From the NCBI GenBank assembly GCA_036374915.1, contig DASUSU010000156.1:1-37507 (forward strand): DNA of 37,507 nucleotides, read 5' to 3'. Both the position numbers and the translations under genes were made by a program. This DNA comes from Acidimicrobiia bacterium. GTDB taxonomy: Bacteria; Actinomycetota; Acidimicrobiia; Spongiisociales; ZC4RG35. Of the stretch, positions 17,229 to 25,642 are shown piece after piece. The notes beneath the pieces were generated by a model. The model searched no databases and was not told where the DNA came from. It saw only the letters and a program-made list of their open reading frames with translations. Positions within the stretch are counted from its first letter, which is position 1. The number at the start of each line of letters is the position of its first letter.

Positions 17229-18118
17229 CCAGCATCGCCATGCAACGCCGACGGGCCACGGTGGGCCGGGTGTGGCGACAGTTCCGCGCCTCGCGGCAGG
17301 GGATGATCGGTCTCGCCGTACTCGCCGTGTTCGTCATCGTCGCCCTGGCCGCCCCTCTCCTCGCCGACGTCAGGGAGCTGAACCCGGTGTATGCCCGCGG
17401 AGCCGGCAACCCGCAATGGGGCACACCGGGCCAGTTTCCCCCGCTCGGCACCGACCACATCCGGCGCTCGGTGTGGGCCCAGTTCGTGTGGGGCTCCCGG
17501 GTCAGCCTCTTCGTCGGGCTCGCCGCCACGGTGCTCACCATCAGCATCGGGTCGGTGGTCGGCATCGTCTCCGGCTTCCTGGGCGGGAAGGTCGACGGTC
17601 TCCTGATGCGAATCACCGAGTGGTTCCTGGTCATCCCGTTCCTGCCGCTGGCCATCGTGCTCGCCTCGGTCCTGGGCCGGTCGGTGTGGAACATCATCTT
17701 CGTCATCGGTATCACCTCCTGGCCCTCGACGGCGAGGCTGGTCCGGGCCCAGGTGCTGACGGTGAAACAGCGGCTGTTCGTCGACCGGGCCCGCTCGCTC
17801 GGCGCCAGCGGAACCCACATCGTCGGCCATCACATCCTCCCCAACGTGAGCGGTCTGATCTTGGCCAACGCCACGCTCGCGGTCCCGATCTCCATCCTGA
17901 CCGAGACCACGCTCGCCTTCCTCGGGCTGGGCGACCCCTCTGCAGCTTCTTGGGGCAAGACCCTGGAAGAGGCCTTTGTCAACGGGGCCATGGTCCGCAA
18001 CGCCTGGTGGTACTTCCTCCCCGCCGGGCTCGGGATCCTCGCCGTGGTGCTCGCCTTCACTCTGATCGGGCGCACTCTCGAGGAGATCGCCAATCCCCGT
18101 CTGAGCAGGGGACGATGA
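17225..18118 (+). CDS. ABC transporter permease (DppC/OppC-like)
   Basis: ATGA overlap with the upstream permease. Typical GTDHIRRSVW and FVDRARSLGAS motifs. Confidence 0.85.
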   Translation: MTSIAMQRRRATVGRVWRQFRASRQGMIGLAVLAVFVIVALAAPLLADVRELNPVYARGAGNPQWGTPGQFPPLGTDHIRRSVWAQFVWGSRVSLFVGLAATVLTISIGSVVGIVSGFLGGKVDGLLMRITEWFLVIPFLPLAIVLASVLGRSVWNIIFVIGITSWPSTARLVRAQVLTVKQRLFVDRARSLGASGTHIVGHHILPNVSGLILANATLAVPISILTETTLAFLGLGDPSAASWGKTLEEAFVNGAMVRNAWWYFLPAGLGILAVVLAFTLIGRTLEEIANPRLSRGR

Positions 18119-19077
18119 GCGAGCCGCTCCTCTCGATCAGGGACCTCACCGTCACCTACCACGGTCATGGCGGAGCGGTGCCGGCGGTGCGCGGGGTCAG
18201 CTTCGACATCGAGAGAGGCGGGTCGATCGGGCTGGCCGGGGAGTCGGGGTGCGGCAAGTCCACCCTGGCCAACTCGTTGCTCCGGCTGCTCCCCCCCGAG
18301 ACCGAGGTGACCGGCACGATCATGCTCGACGGGAAGGACGTGCTCGGGCTCAGCCCGGGTGGGCTGAGGGCGGTGAGGTGGACCTCGGGGGCGATCATCT
18401 TCCAGGGCGCGCTGCATGCGCTCAACCCGGTGCAGACGGTGGGGGACCAGATCGCGGAGCCGATGCTGATCCACGAGACCGAGCCCGATGAGGGGGCGGC
18501 CCGGGTTCGGGTGGTCGAGCTGCTGCGAAGGGTCGGTCTCCCCGAGGCCCGGGCCGACTCCTACCCGCACCAACTCTCCGGGGGGCAACGGCAACGGGTT
18601 CTGATCGCGATGGCCCTGGCCTGTGACCCACATCTCCTCATCGCCGACGAGCCGACCACCGCCCTCGACCTCATGGTCCAGGCCCAGGTGCTCGACCTGC
18701 TCGACGACCTCAAGCGGGAGCGCGAGCTGACCCTGCTCTTCATCACCCACGACCTCTCGGTCCTCACCTATGCCTGTCAGCGCCTCGCCGTGATGTACGC
18801 CGGGCGCATCGTCGAGGAGGGCCCGGCATGGCAGGTGTTCGAGAACGCAGCCCATCCCTACACCCGGGCCCTGGCCGCCGCATTCCCCACGATCGGGGAC
18901 CTCTCGTCGCGGATGGCTCCCTCCGGGCTGGGCGGGGACCCACCCACGCCGGGCAACCTTCCCGTGGGGTGCCCGTTTCACCCCCGCTGCCCACTGGCCC
19001 GTGACGAGTGCCGTCTGGCCGAGCCCGCCCTCCGCGTCTCGGGACCGGGAAGGAGCGCCGCTTGCATCCTGGTATGA
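18115..19077 (+). CDS. ABC transporter ATP-binding protein (DppD/OppD-like)
   Basis: ATGA overlap. Walker A GESGCGKST, signature LSGGQRQRV, Walker B LIADEPTTALD, and a Cys-rich oligopeptide-type C-terminus. Confidence 0.9.
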   Translation: MSEPLLSIRDLTVTYHGHGGAVPAVRGVSFDIERGGSIGLAGESGCGKSTLANSLLRLLPPETEVTGTIMLDGKDVLGLSPGGLRAVRWTSGAIIFQGALHALNPVQTVGDQIAEPMLIHETEPDEGAARVRVVELLRRVGLPEARADSYPHQLSGGQRQRVLIAMALACDPHLLIADEPTTALDLMVQAQVLDLLDDLKRERELTLLFITHDLSVLTYACQRLAVMYAGRIVEEGPAWQVFENAAHPYTRALAAAFPTIGDLSSRMAPSGLGGDPPTPGNLPVGCPFHPRCPLARDECRLAEPALRVSGPGRSAACILV

Positions 19078-20054
19078 CCCCGCTGGTGGAAGTCGATGAC
19101 CTCCACGTCCACTTCGGGGAGGCTCGAGCCGTCGACGGCGCCTCGCTCCAGGTCATGCCGGGGGAGGTGCTCGCACTCGTCGGCGAGTCCGGCTCGGGCA
19201 AGACCACGCTGATCCGGGCCATCCAGGGCCTGCAGCCGCCCACGTCGGGGACGGTGACGGTGGAAGGGCAGCCTCTCGACGCCAAGAGGAAACGTGAGAT
19301 CCAGACCATCTTCCAGAACCCTGCGGTCCAGATGGTGTTCCAGGACCCGACCGGGGCGCTCAACCCGCGGCAGACCATCTACGAGATCGTGGCCGAAGGT
19401 CTCAGGATCCAGCACAGCAAGGGTGACGAGAAGGCGCTGGTGGCCGGAGCCCTCTCCCGGGCCGGCCTCCGGCCGCCGGAGCGCTTCTTCCAGTTCTATC
19501 CCCACGAGATATCGGGAGGACAGCGACAGCGTGTCGTCATCGCCGGAGCCATGGTGATGGAGCCCCGTCTCCTCCTCGCCGACGAGCCGGTGGCCAGTCT
19601 CGACGCTTCCATCCGTGGCGAGATCCTGGCTCTCATGCGACATCTGGTCGACGAGACCGGGCTCGCAATCCTGGTGGTCACCCATGACCTCGGTCTGGCA
19701 TGGAACATCGCCGATCGGGTGGCGGTGATGTACCTGGGCCGGATCGTCGAAACCGGGCCCACCGAGCAGATCCTGGAGGATCCCAAGCACCCCTACACCC
19801 GGGCGTTGCTCTCGGTGGTGCCCGAGACCAAGGAGATGGAGCAGCAGATCCTGGTCGGGGAGATCCCCGACCCGGCACGCATCCCGTCCGGCTGCCGATT
19901 CCACCCCCGTTGCCCGCTGCTCCAGTCGGGCACCCTCCCCGACTCGATCGCATCCCGATGCCCCGCCGACGATCCGGGACCGGTCCCGGGCGATGCCGTG
20001 TCAGCCGCGGCCTGTTGGGCGGTCCCGTCGGCTCAGCGGGCTCACACCATGTAG
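19074..20054 (+). CDS. ABC transporter ATP-binding protein (DppF/OppF-like)
   Basis: ATGA overlap. GESGSGKTT, ISGGQRQRV and LLADEPVASLD motifs. Confidence 0.9.
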   Translation: MTPLVEVDDLHVHFGEARAVDGASLQVMPGEVLALVGESGSGKTTLIRAIQGLQPPTSGTVTVEGQPLDAKRKREIQTIFQNPAVQMVFQDPTGALNPRQTIYEIVAEGLRIQHSKGDEKALVAGALSRAGLRPPERFFQFYPHEISGGQRQRVVIAGAMVMEPRLLLADEPVASLDASIRGEILALMRHLVDETGLAILVVTHDLGLAWNIADRVAVMYLGRIVETGPTEQILEDPKHPYTRALLSVVPETKEMEQQILVGEIPDPARIPSGCRFHPRCPLLQSGTLPDSIASRCPADDPGPVPGDAVSAAACWAVPSAQRAHTM

Positions 20055-21205
20055 GAGCGGACCGGGTCTTCCTCACCGAGGATGGGTCGGTCGGCCGCGA
20101 AGGGAGCGATGTCGTGGGGGGTCCCCCCGTCGAGGGCGAGGTCGGTGAGGATCCGGCCCAGCAGTGAGGCGAACTTGAAGGCGTGGCCCGCCCCGACCGC
20201 GGTGTAGACGTTCTCGGTCCCCGGCACCCGGTCCACGACGAAGTCGCGGTCCGGGGTCAGCGTGTAGAGACAGGTCTTGGCCAGATGGACCGCGCCGGAC
20301 GCCCCCGGGAGATGCCGCCCGACGAAACGTCGCACCCCGTCGGTCACGTCGGCCCTGGGCTCGAAGCTGCGAGTGTCGGGGTCGGTGACGATCTCGCATC
20401 GGTCCCAGGCGATCTTGACCGCGGGCTCGCCGAAGACCGGGAAGCCGTAGAAGGACGGCTCGTCCATCCAGATCCAGATCGGGAACCGGGACGGTGCGAA
20501 CAGATTCGGGTCGGCCGACTTCAGATAGACCACCTGCTCCAGAGTCACCTCGAGCGGGAACCGCACCCCGAGCATGCCCAGCACCTGGTTGGTCCATGCC
20601 CCGGCGGCCACGATCAGGGAACCGACCCGGTGCGCCCTCCCCTCGATGACGATCTCCACCTCGCCGTCGACCTCCCGGACTCCGCCGACCGTGGCATGGT
20701 CGAGCAGGGTCGCCCCGCGCTCGACGGCGAGCCGGCGATGGGCCGCATTGGCTCGTGACGCCATGGCAATCCCGGAGCTCTCCTGGAACAGGGCGGTGAC
20801 ATCGTCGTCGAGATGCCACTGGGGCCATCTTCTCATCACCTCGCCGGCATCGAGCTCCTCGAAGCGGACCCCGGCGGTGGTCATCGAGGAGCGGTAGTCG
20901 TCGAGGCCTATCGATGCCCCGGCCGGGGCGAGATCCAGTCCTCCTGTCTTCAGCACCAGCTGCTCGCCGGAGTCGGCCTCGACCTGTTCCCACGACCGGT
21001 ATGCGGCCCTGGCCAGCTCCACGTAGACGGGGGTGTGGTAGGAGAGCCGGATGATCCGGCTGTGGTCCTCCGAGCCGCCCCGGGCATGTCCCGGCTCGAA
21101 CTGCTCGACCCCGAGGATGTCTTTCCCCAGGCGCTGAGCCGCCCAGTAGGCGGCTGCGCTGCCTATTCCGCCGAGACCGAGCACAGCCACCCGGTAGTCG
21201 GTCAC
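20042..21205 (-). CDS. monomeric sarcosine oxidase / N-methyl-amino-acid oxidase family flavoprotein (MSOX/SolA-like)
   Basis: VAVLGLGGIGSAAAY FAD fold, GGSEDHSRIIR, a KTCLYTLTPDRDFVVD segment containing the Cys used for covalent FAD in this family, and GAGHAFKF. GTG start overlaps the upstream stop (GTGA). Confidence 0.8.
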   Translation of the reverse strand: MTDYRVAVLGLGGIGSAAAYWAAQRLGKDILGVEQFEPGHARGGSEDHSRIIRLSYHTPVYVELARAAYRSWEQVEADSGEQLVLKTGGLDLAPAGASIGLDDYRSSMTTAGVRFEELDAGEVMRRWPQWHLDDDVTALFQESSGIAMASRANAAHRRLAVERGATLLDHATVGGVREVDGEVEIVIEGRAHRVGSLIVAAGAWTNQVLGMLGVRFPLEVTLEQVVYLKSADPNLFAPSRFPIWIWMDEPSFYGFPVFGEPAVKIAWDRCEIVTDPDTRSFEPRADVTDGVRRFVGRHLPGASGAVHLAKTCLYTLTPDRDFVVDRVPGTENVYTAVGAGHAFKFASLLGRILTDLALDGGTPHDIAPFAADRPILGEEDPVRSYMV

Positions 21206-22302
21206 ATCAGCTCATCGAGATAGCGCCGGATGTCCTTCGAGTAGTCCTCCATCGGGGCGTAGAAGCCGGTGGTGAACCGACGCGAGCTCATCCCTCGCTG
21301 AACCGACTCGCACACCTTCCAGTCCTGCCGGTTGACCAAGTCCCAGAAGTCGACCGCGTCGGACGGGTCGAAGTCGGGGCGGCTCATCTCGTCACGATGG
21401 AACAGGAAGTCGCAGACCACGGTGGTCGACCCGGGGCCCCGGGGCCACAGGGTGAAGGCGGCGACGTGGTCGGCGGAGAGGCTGAGCATGAGATTGGGGT
21501 AGACCAGCTGGCCCTTGTGCCTCTCCTGCTCCTCGGGACTGAGCCCGGGGAAGGGCCGACGGTTGCTGGTTCCGCTGGCAGTGAAGGTCCAGGCGCCGTC
21601 CCGATGGGGTATCCCGCCTTCCCAGTCGAGATCCGAGCCCCCGCGGCGGCGAAATGCGGGTACCAGCTCGACCAGTTCCGGGTGAACCGGTCCGCAGTGA
21701 TAGCACTCGTTGTAGTTCTCCACGATGGCCTTCCAGTTCGACTGAACCGGGTAGACGATCCGGGCGGCCACCCTCAGGTCGGTGAGCGGGTAGTTGGCGA
21801 GGTAGGACTCCGTCTCCTGGAATTGGGTGGCCAAGGGAGGAGCCTGGTCGGGGGAGAGATTGACCCAGACGAAACCGCCCCAGGTCTCGATGCCGACGTG
21901 GTGGAGGGGGAGGTCCTCCTTGCGCAGGCCGTCGGATTCGTCGAGGAAGGGGGCGGCTCGAAGCCTCCCGTCGAAGGAGTAGGTCCAGGCGTGATAGGGG
22001 CATTGGATCGAGCCCTGGAACCGACCGGAGGCGCCGATCCGGGTTTGGGAAGGCTTGCCCACCGCGTCGGTGAGCTGCGAGCCGCGATGACGGCACAGGT
22101 TGATGTAGGAGACGAGCTCACCGCTGCGGTCCCGGGTGACCAGCACCGACTCCCCGGCCACTTCGCAGACCAGGTGATCACCCGGCTCGGGCACCTCCTC
22201 CACGCGCCCGACGCAGAACCACTGCGTCGAGAAGACACGGTCCACCTCCCGGGCGTACCAGTCCGCCTCCACGTAGCAGTCGCGATGAAGGGTCGGATCC
22301 AC
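21202..22302 (-). CDS. Rieske [2Fe-2S] non-heme-iron oxygenase, alpha subunit (GbcA/CntA/Stc2-like N-demethylase group), copy 1
   Basis: Rieske CRHRGSQL...CPYHAWTY and catalytic ENYNECYHCGPVHPEL. GTG start at 22302. Confidence 0.85.
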   Translation of the reverse strand: MDPTLHRDCYVEADWYAREVDRVFSTQWFCVGRVEEVPEPGDHLVCEVAGESVLVTRDRSGELVSYINLCRHRGSQLTDAVGKPSQTRIGASGRFQGSIQCPYHAWTYSFDGRLRAAPFLDESDGLRKEDLPLHHVGIETWGGFVWVNLSPDQAPPLATQFQETESYLANYPLTDLRVAARIVYPVQSNWKAIVENYNECYHCGPVHPELVELVPAFRRRGGSDLDWEGGIPHRDGAWTFTASGTSNRRPFPGLSPEEQERHKGQLVYPNLMLSLSADHVAAFTLWPRGPGSTTVVCDFLFHRDEMSRPDFDPSDAVDFWDLVNRQDWKVCESVQRGMSSRRFTTGFYAPMEDYSKDIRRYLDELM

Positions 22303-22315
22303 CGGCGGAGATTAC

Positions 22316-22331
22316 TTGAACGGTGGTTCAG
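22316..22331. promoter_or_regulatory. island palindrome site: TTGAACGGTGGTTCAG
   Basis: The 15-mer 22317-22331 is identical to 25578-25592. It lies 13 nt upstream of the Rieske-1 start and includes the stop codon of the CocE/NonD gene. Confidence 0.65.
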
Positions 22332-24319
22332 GCCCACTCTCTGGGGATCGTCTCCTCCCAGGTCCTGGAGAAGACTTCCCGTTCGTCGTGAGCAGCGTTG
22401 AGCACGATGACGAGACGGAAGTTGGCATCGTCACCGGTCAACTCGAGGCTGCCCTTGGTGCTCACCTTCCAGCCGGTCCGCTCCAGGGTCACCTCACCGT
22501 CGGATCGAGCCCGGGTCGAGGTCGGATCGTCCTCGGAGACGCTGATCGACCAGGTCTCGTCGGAGGTGTAGGTGAGCCCGGACCGCTCCGGCAGCTCTTG
22601 ACGCGAGTAGCGGTGGCGTTGGTAGGTGACGGTTTCTCCGTTGCGGAGCACCCGGGCGTGGCTCCGTTCCTCGTCGACCAGCCCGGGGGGAGACGGGGGA
22701 GGGGGCGCCGCGGGGATCGGGAGGGTCCCGGCATCGTCTCGCATCGGGACCGTGGGCAGGAGGAGCCGGGACCGGTCCGGGTCGACGTCGAGGGTGAAGC
22801 CGGCACCAGGTGGCCATACCACCGGGAAGTCGGCCCCGGCCAGGGCGAGTCTCAGCTTCCAACCCGGAGCCAGGACCGCCGAGGTCGCCATCAAGGGGAA
22901 GCGGACCGTCATCGGCCGGCCCGGGGACACCGGGACGGGATGGGACAGATCGTCGGGGAAGACGAGATTCCGGTTCCCCCGTGTGATCAGGTGCCCGACA
23001 CCATCGGGCGAGACCGCGGAGAGCCGCGCCGCGATCATGCCCACCGCAGCGCTGCTCGTGACCGTCACCTCCACCTCGGGCGTGCCCAGGATCTCCACCG
23101 GCTCCTCGAGCGGCGTCGTCTCGAAGCTGATCGACCGGGCGTCGTCCTCGCTGGAGTCGGTGCTCCCCGTCCCGGCCCGATCCCAGGCGGGGGCGTGGAG
23201 ACCGACCGTCTGCGGGCCCGACCAGGTTCGGTTGTGATGGCGGGTGGCGGCCAGCGGGATCTCGAGCAGGGTGCGGTCGGTCGGGGGCCAGGATGCCTCC
23301 GACCGCCAGTGCCCCGAAGTGGGCGGATGGTCGAATGGAGGTCGGGTCGGTCCGTCGAAGGGCGCCCCGGTCCGGATGAAGACGGTGAGGGCGGGCATGT
23401 CCATCACCCCGTTGTCGTCGCCGCGCAGATGGTGCCCGAACCATCGGGCGAGGAGGTCGAGATGATCGAGGGTGGGGCCGGGACATCCGGTGGCCGGCCG
23501 ATAGTGCCCCCAGGGGCCGATCACGGTGCGGGTGGGGCAGGTCAGGTGCTCGGCGAGGGCCAGCATCCCGTCCACGTAGCCGTCGACCCAGCCCCCGATC
23601 AGCAGCGTCGGGCACTGGATTGCGGAGTAGTCGGCGCAGGGCGAGCCGTGCAGCCAATATTGGTCGCGGAACTGGTGGCGGAGCCAGGTCCCCGGCCATT
23701 GCGGTGTCCTCTCCAGACGGTCGATCCATTCCTCGAACCATCCCTCGCCGACGATGTCGGGGTCGGGAGGGAGGGCATTGCACAGCACCATGGAGGGAGG
23801 CCAGTCCACCTGCTCCTGGGCGTGGAGCGATCCGCCGGTGTAGTGGACGTCGCAGGCGAAGCGATCGTGGGTGGCGTGGACCGGGGCGATCGCCTTGAGC
23901 CGGGCAGGTCGCAGCATCGCGGTCTGCAGTGAGCTGAATCCTCCCCACGACACCCCCCACATCCCCAGATTCCCGTTGCACCACTCCTGGCCGGCCAGCC
24001 AGTCGAGCACCGCCAGCGTGTCTTGTTGCTCCCGTGGCACGTACTCGTCGGCGATGATCCCGGTCGAAGCCCCGGTGCCCCTGATGTCGATGCGGACGCC
24101 GGCGAAACCCCGCTGGGCCAGATAGGCGTAGGTCGACCAGTCGGGGGAGTAGAAGGCGTCGTCCTTGCGGTAGGGGAGCGACTCGACCACGGTCGGATAG
24201 GGCCCGTCGTTGTCGGAGTCGGGCTGGTAGACGGTGAGGGCGATGCGGGTTCCGTCGTCCATGGGGACGAACACCCGGCGGTCGATGCGGACCGGGTACT
24301 CCGGTGTCTCCTCTGGCAC
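22328..24319 (-). CDS. CocE/NonD family (X-Pro dipeptidyl-peptidase S15-like) alpha/beta hydrolase
   Basis: VFVPMDDGTRIALTVYQP, IDIRGTGASTG, and nucleophile elbow GMWGVSWGG. The listed 828-aa ORF is trimmed to the in-frame GTG at 24319 (VPEETPEY). The start is less certain than the family. Confidence 0.8.
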   Translation of the reverse strand: MPEETPEYPVRIDRRVFVPMDDGTRIALTVYQPDSDNDGPYPTVVESLPYRKDDAFYSPDWSTYAYLAQRGFAGVRIDIRGTGASTGIIADEYVPREQQDTLAVLDWLAGQEWCNGNLGMWGVSWGGFSSLQTAMLRPARLKAIAPVHATHDRFACDVHYTGGSLHAQEQVDWPPSMVLCNALPPDPDIVGEGWFEEWIDRLERTPQWPGTWLRHQFRDQYWLHGSPCADYSAIQCPTLLIGGWVDGYVDGMLALAEHLTCPTRTVIGPWGHYRPATGCPGPTLDHLDLLARWFGHHLRGDDNGVMDMPALTVFIRTGAPFDGPTRPPFDHPPTSGHWRSEASWPPTDRTLLEIPLAATRHHNRTWSGPQTVGLHAPAWDRAGTGSTDSSEDDARSISFETTPLEEPVEILGTPEVEVTVTSSAAVGMIAARLSAVSPDGVGHLITRGNRNLVFPDDLSHPVPVSPGRPMTVRFPLMATSAVLAPGWKLRLALAGADFPVVWPPGAGFTLDVDPDRSRLLLPTVPMRDDAGTLPIPAAPPPPSPPGLVDEERSHARVLRNGETVTYQRHRYSRQELPERSGLTYTSDETWSISVSEDDPTSTRARSDGEVTLERTGWKVSTKGSLELTGDDANFRLVIVLNAAHDEREVFSRTWEETIPREWA

Positions 24320-24356
24320 GGCGGGACAATATCGAAGCTGGTTATCGTCGCCGCCG

Positions 24357-25565
24357 ATGCCCGCCGCCGCCTCACCCCGTCGAGTGATCGTGGTCGGGGC
24401 CGGGGTCGCCGGTCTCACCGCGGCGCGGCGGCTGACCGAACAGGGGGTCGAGGTGCTGGTGCTCGAGGCGAGGAGCCGGGTCGGGGGCCGGGTCTGGTCG
24501 CACCGGCTTCCCAACGACGAGATCGTCGAGTTGGGCGGGGAGTGGATCTCCACCTCCCAGACCCCGGTGATCGAGCTCGCCGCCGAGCTCGGGCTCGGTC
24601 TCGTCGACACCGGGATGGATTTCATCACACGCGATCCGGTGGGTGGCCCGGTCATCCCCGACGACGAGCACGAGCGTCTTGGACGAGCCCTGGCCGCGCG
24701 CATGGAGGAGCTCGGGCCCGAGCGGTTGGCGGAGATGACCGTGGCCGACCTGCTCGCCGGGGTCGAACAACCGGGGGCGGCCGGGGTGGTGCTGCGCTCC
24801 CGTCTCGCCGGCACCGCCGGGGCGCAGCTCGACCAGGTCTCGGCCGGGGAGATCGGCGAGGAGTTCGGGGTGGGAGACCAGGGTTCCTACGTCCGGATAG
24901 ACGGCGGCAACGACCGGCTGGCCAAAGCCCTCGCCGCAGGTCTCGAGCTTCGTCTCGACACCGAGGTCGTCTCGATTCAGCAGCGGGTCGCTGGAGTCGG
25001 CGTAGCCACGAGGAACGAGGAGCTCGGGGCGGAGGCCGTGGTCCTTGCCCTTCCGCTGCCCGTCTTGAGACGTCTGGTCTTCGAGCCGGCCCTCCCCGAC
25101 GACTTGGCCCTGGCCCTCGATCGCCTCCGCATGGGGAAAGGGGTCAAGGTGGCGGCGCCCACCGGCGAGGAGCCGCCGATGTTCCGGAGACAGGACACCG
25201 ACATTCCCGCCTGGTATTGGACCGGGCTCGAGCCGACCGGGTCGGTGCGGAGAGCGGTGACCGGGTTCGCCGGCACCGGGCCGGGGGTGACGTCCCTGCT
25301 GAGCGAGACGATGGCCAGGCTGGCCAGGGCGGCGCCGGAGGTCGGTCTGGGCGTCCCCGTCGTCGCCGACTGGGTCTCCGATCGGTTTGCCGGAGGGTCG
25401 TATTCGGTGATCGGGCCCGGTCAGCGTGGTCTGCTCGAGTCGCTTGCCCGACCCTGGGGGAGGGTGTTCTTCGCCGGCGAGCATGTCAACGGGTCGGGAA
25501 CCATCGTCGGAGCGATCGAGAGCGGCGAGGCTGCGGCGACCCGTCTCCTCGCCACAGTCCTCTGA
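24357..25565 (+). CDS. flavin-containing amine oxidase family protein
   Basis: RRVIVVGAGVAGLTAARRL...VLEARSRVGGRV and C-terminal FFAGEHVNGSGTIVGAIESG. Trimmed to ATG 24357. Confidence 0.85.
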   Translation: MPAAASPRRVIVVGAGVAGLTAARRLTEQGVEVLVLEARSRVGGRVWSHRLPNDEIVELGGEWISTSQTPVIELAAELGLGLVDTGMDFITRDPVGGPVIPDDEHERLGRALAARMEELGPERLAEMTVADLLAGVEQPGAAGVVLRSRLAGTAGAQLDQVSAGEIGEEFGVGDQGSYVRIDGGNDRLAKALAAGLELRLDTEVVSIQQRVAGVGVATRNEELGAEAVVLALPLPVLRRLVFEPALPDDLALALDRLRMGKGVKVAAPTGEEPPMFRRQDTDIPAWYWTGLEPTGSVRRAVTGFAGTGPGVTSLLSETMARLARAAPEVGLGVPVVADWVSDRFAGGSYSVIGPGQRGLLESLARPWGRVFFAGEHVNGSGTIVGAIESGEAAATRLLATVL

Positions 25566-25576
25566 GCGCAGGTTTT

Positions 25577-25592
25577 CTGAACGGTGGTTCAG
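25577..25592. promoter_or_regulatory. island palindrome site: CTGAACGGTGGTTCAG
   Basis: Perfect CTGAAC/GTTCAG arms. Lies 50 nt upstream of the ALDH GTG start and 10 nt upstream of a TAGCGT -10-like hexamer (25603-25608). Confidence 0.65.
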
Positions 25593-25642
25593 TCGCCGGT
25601 GCTAGCGTCCAATCACACCGATCCCATCACCTGGAGGCGGGT

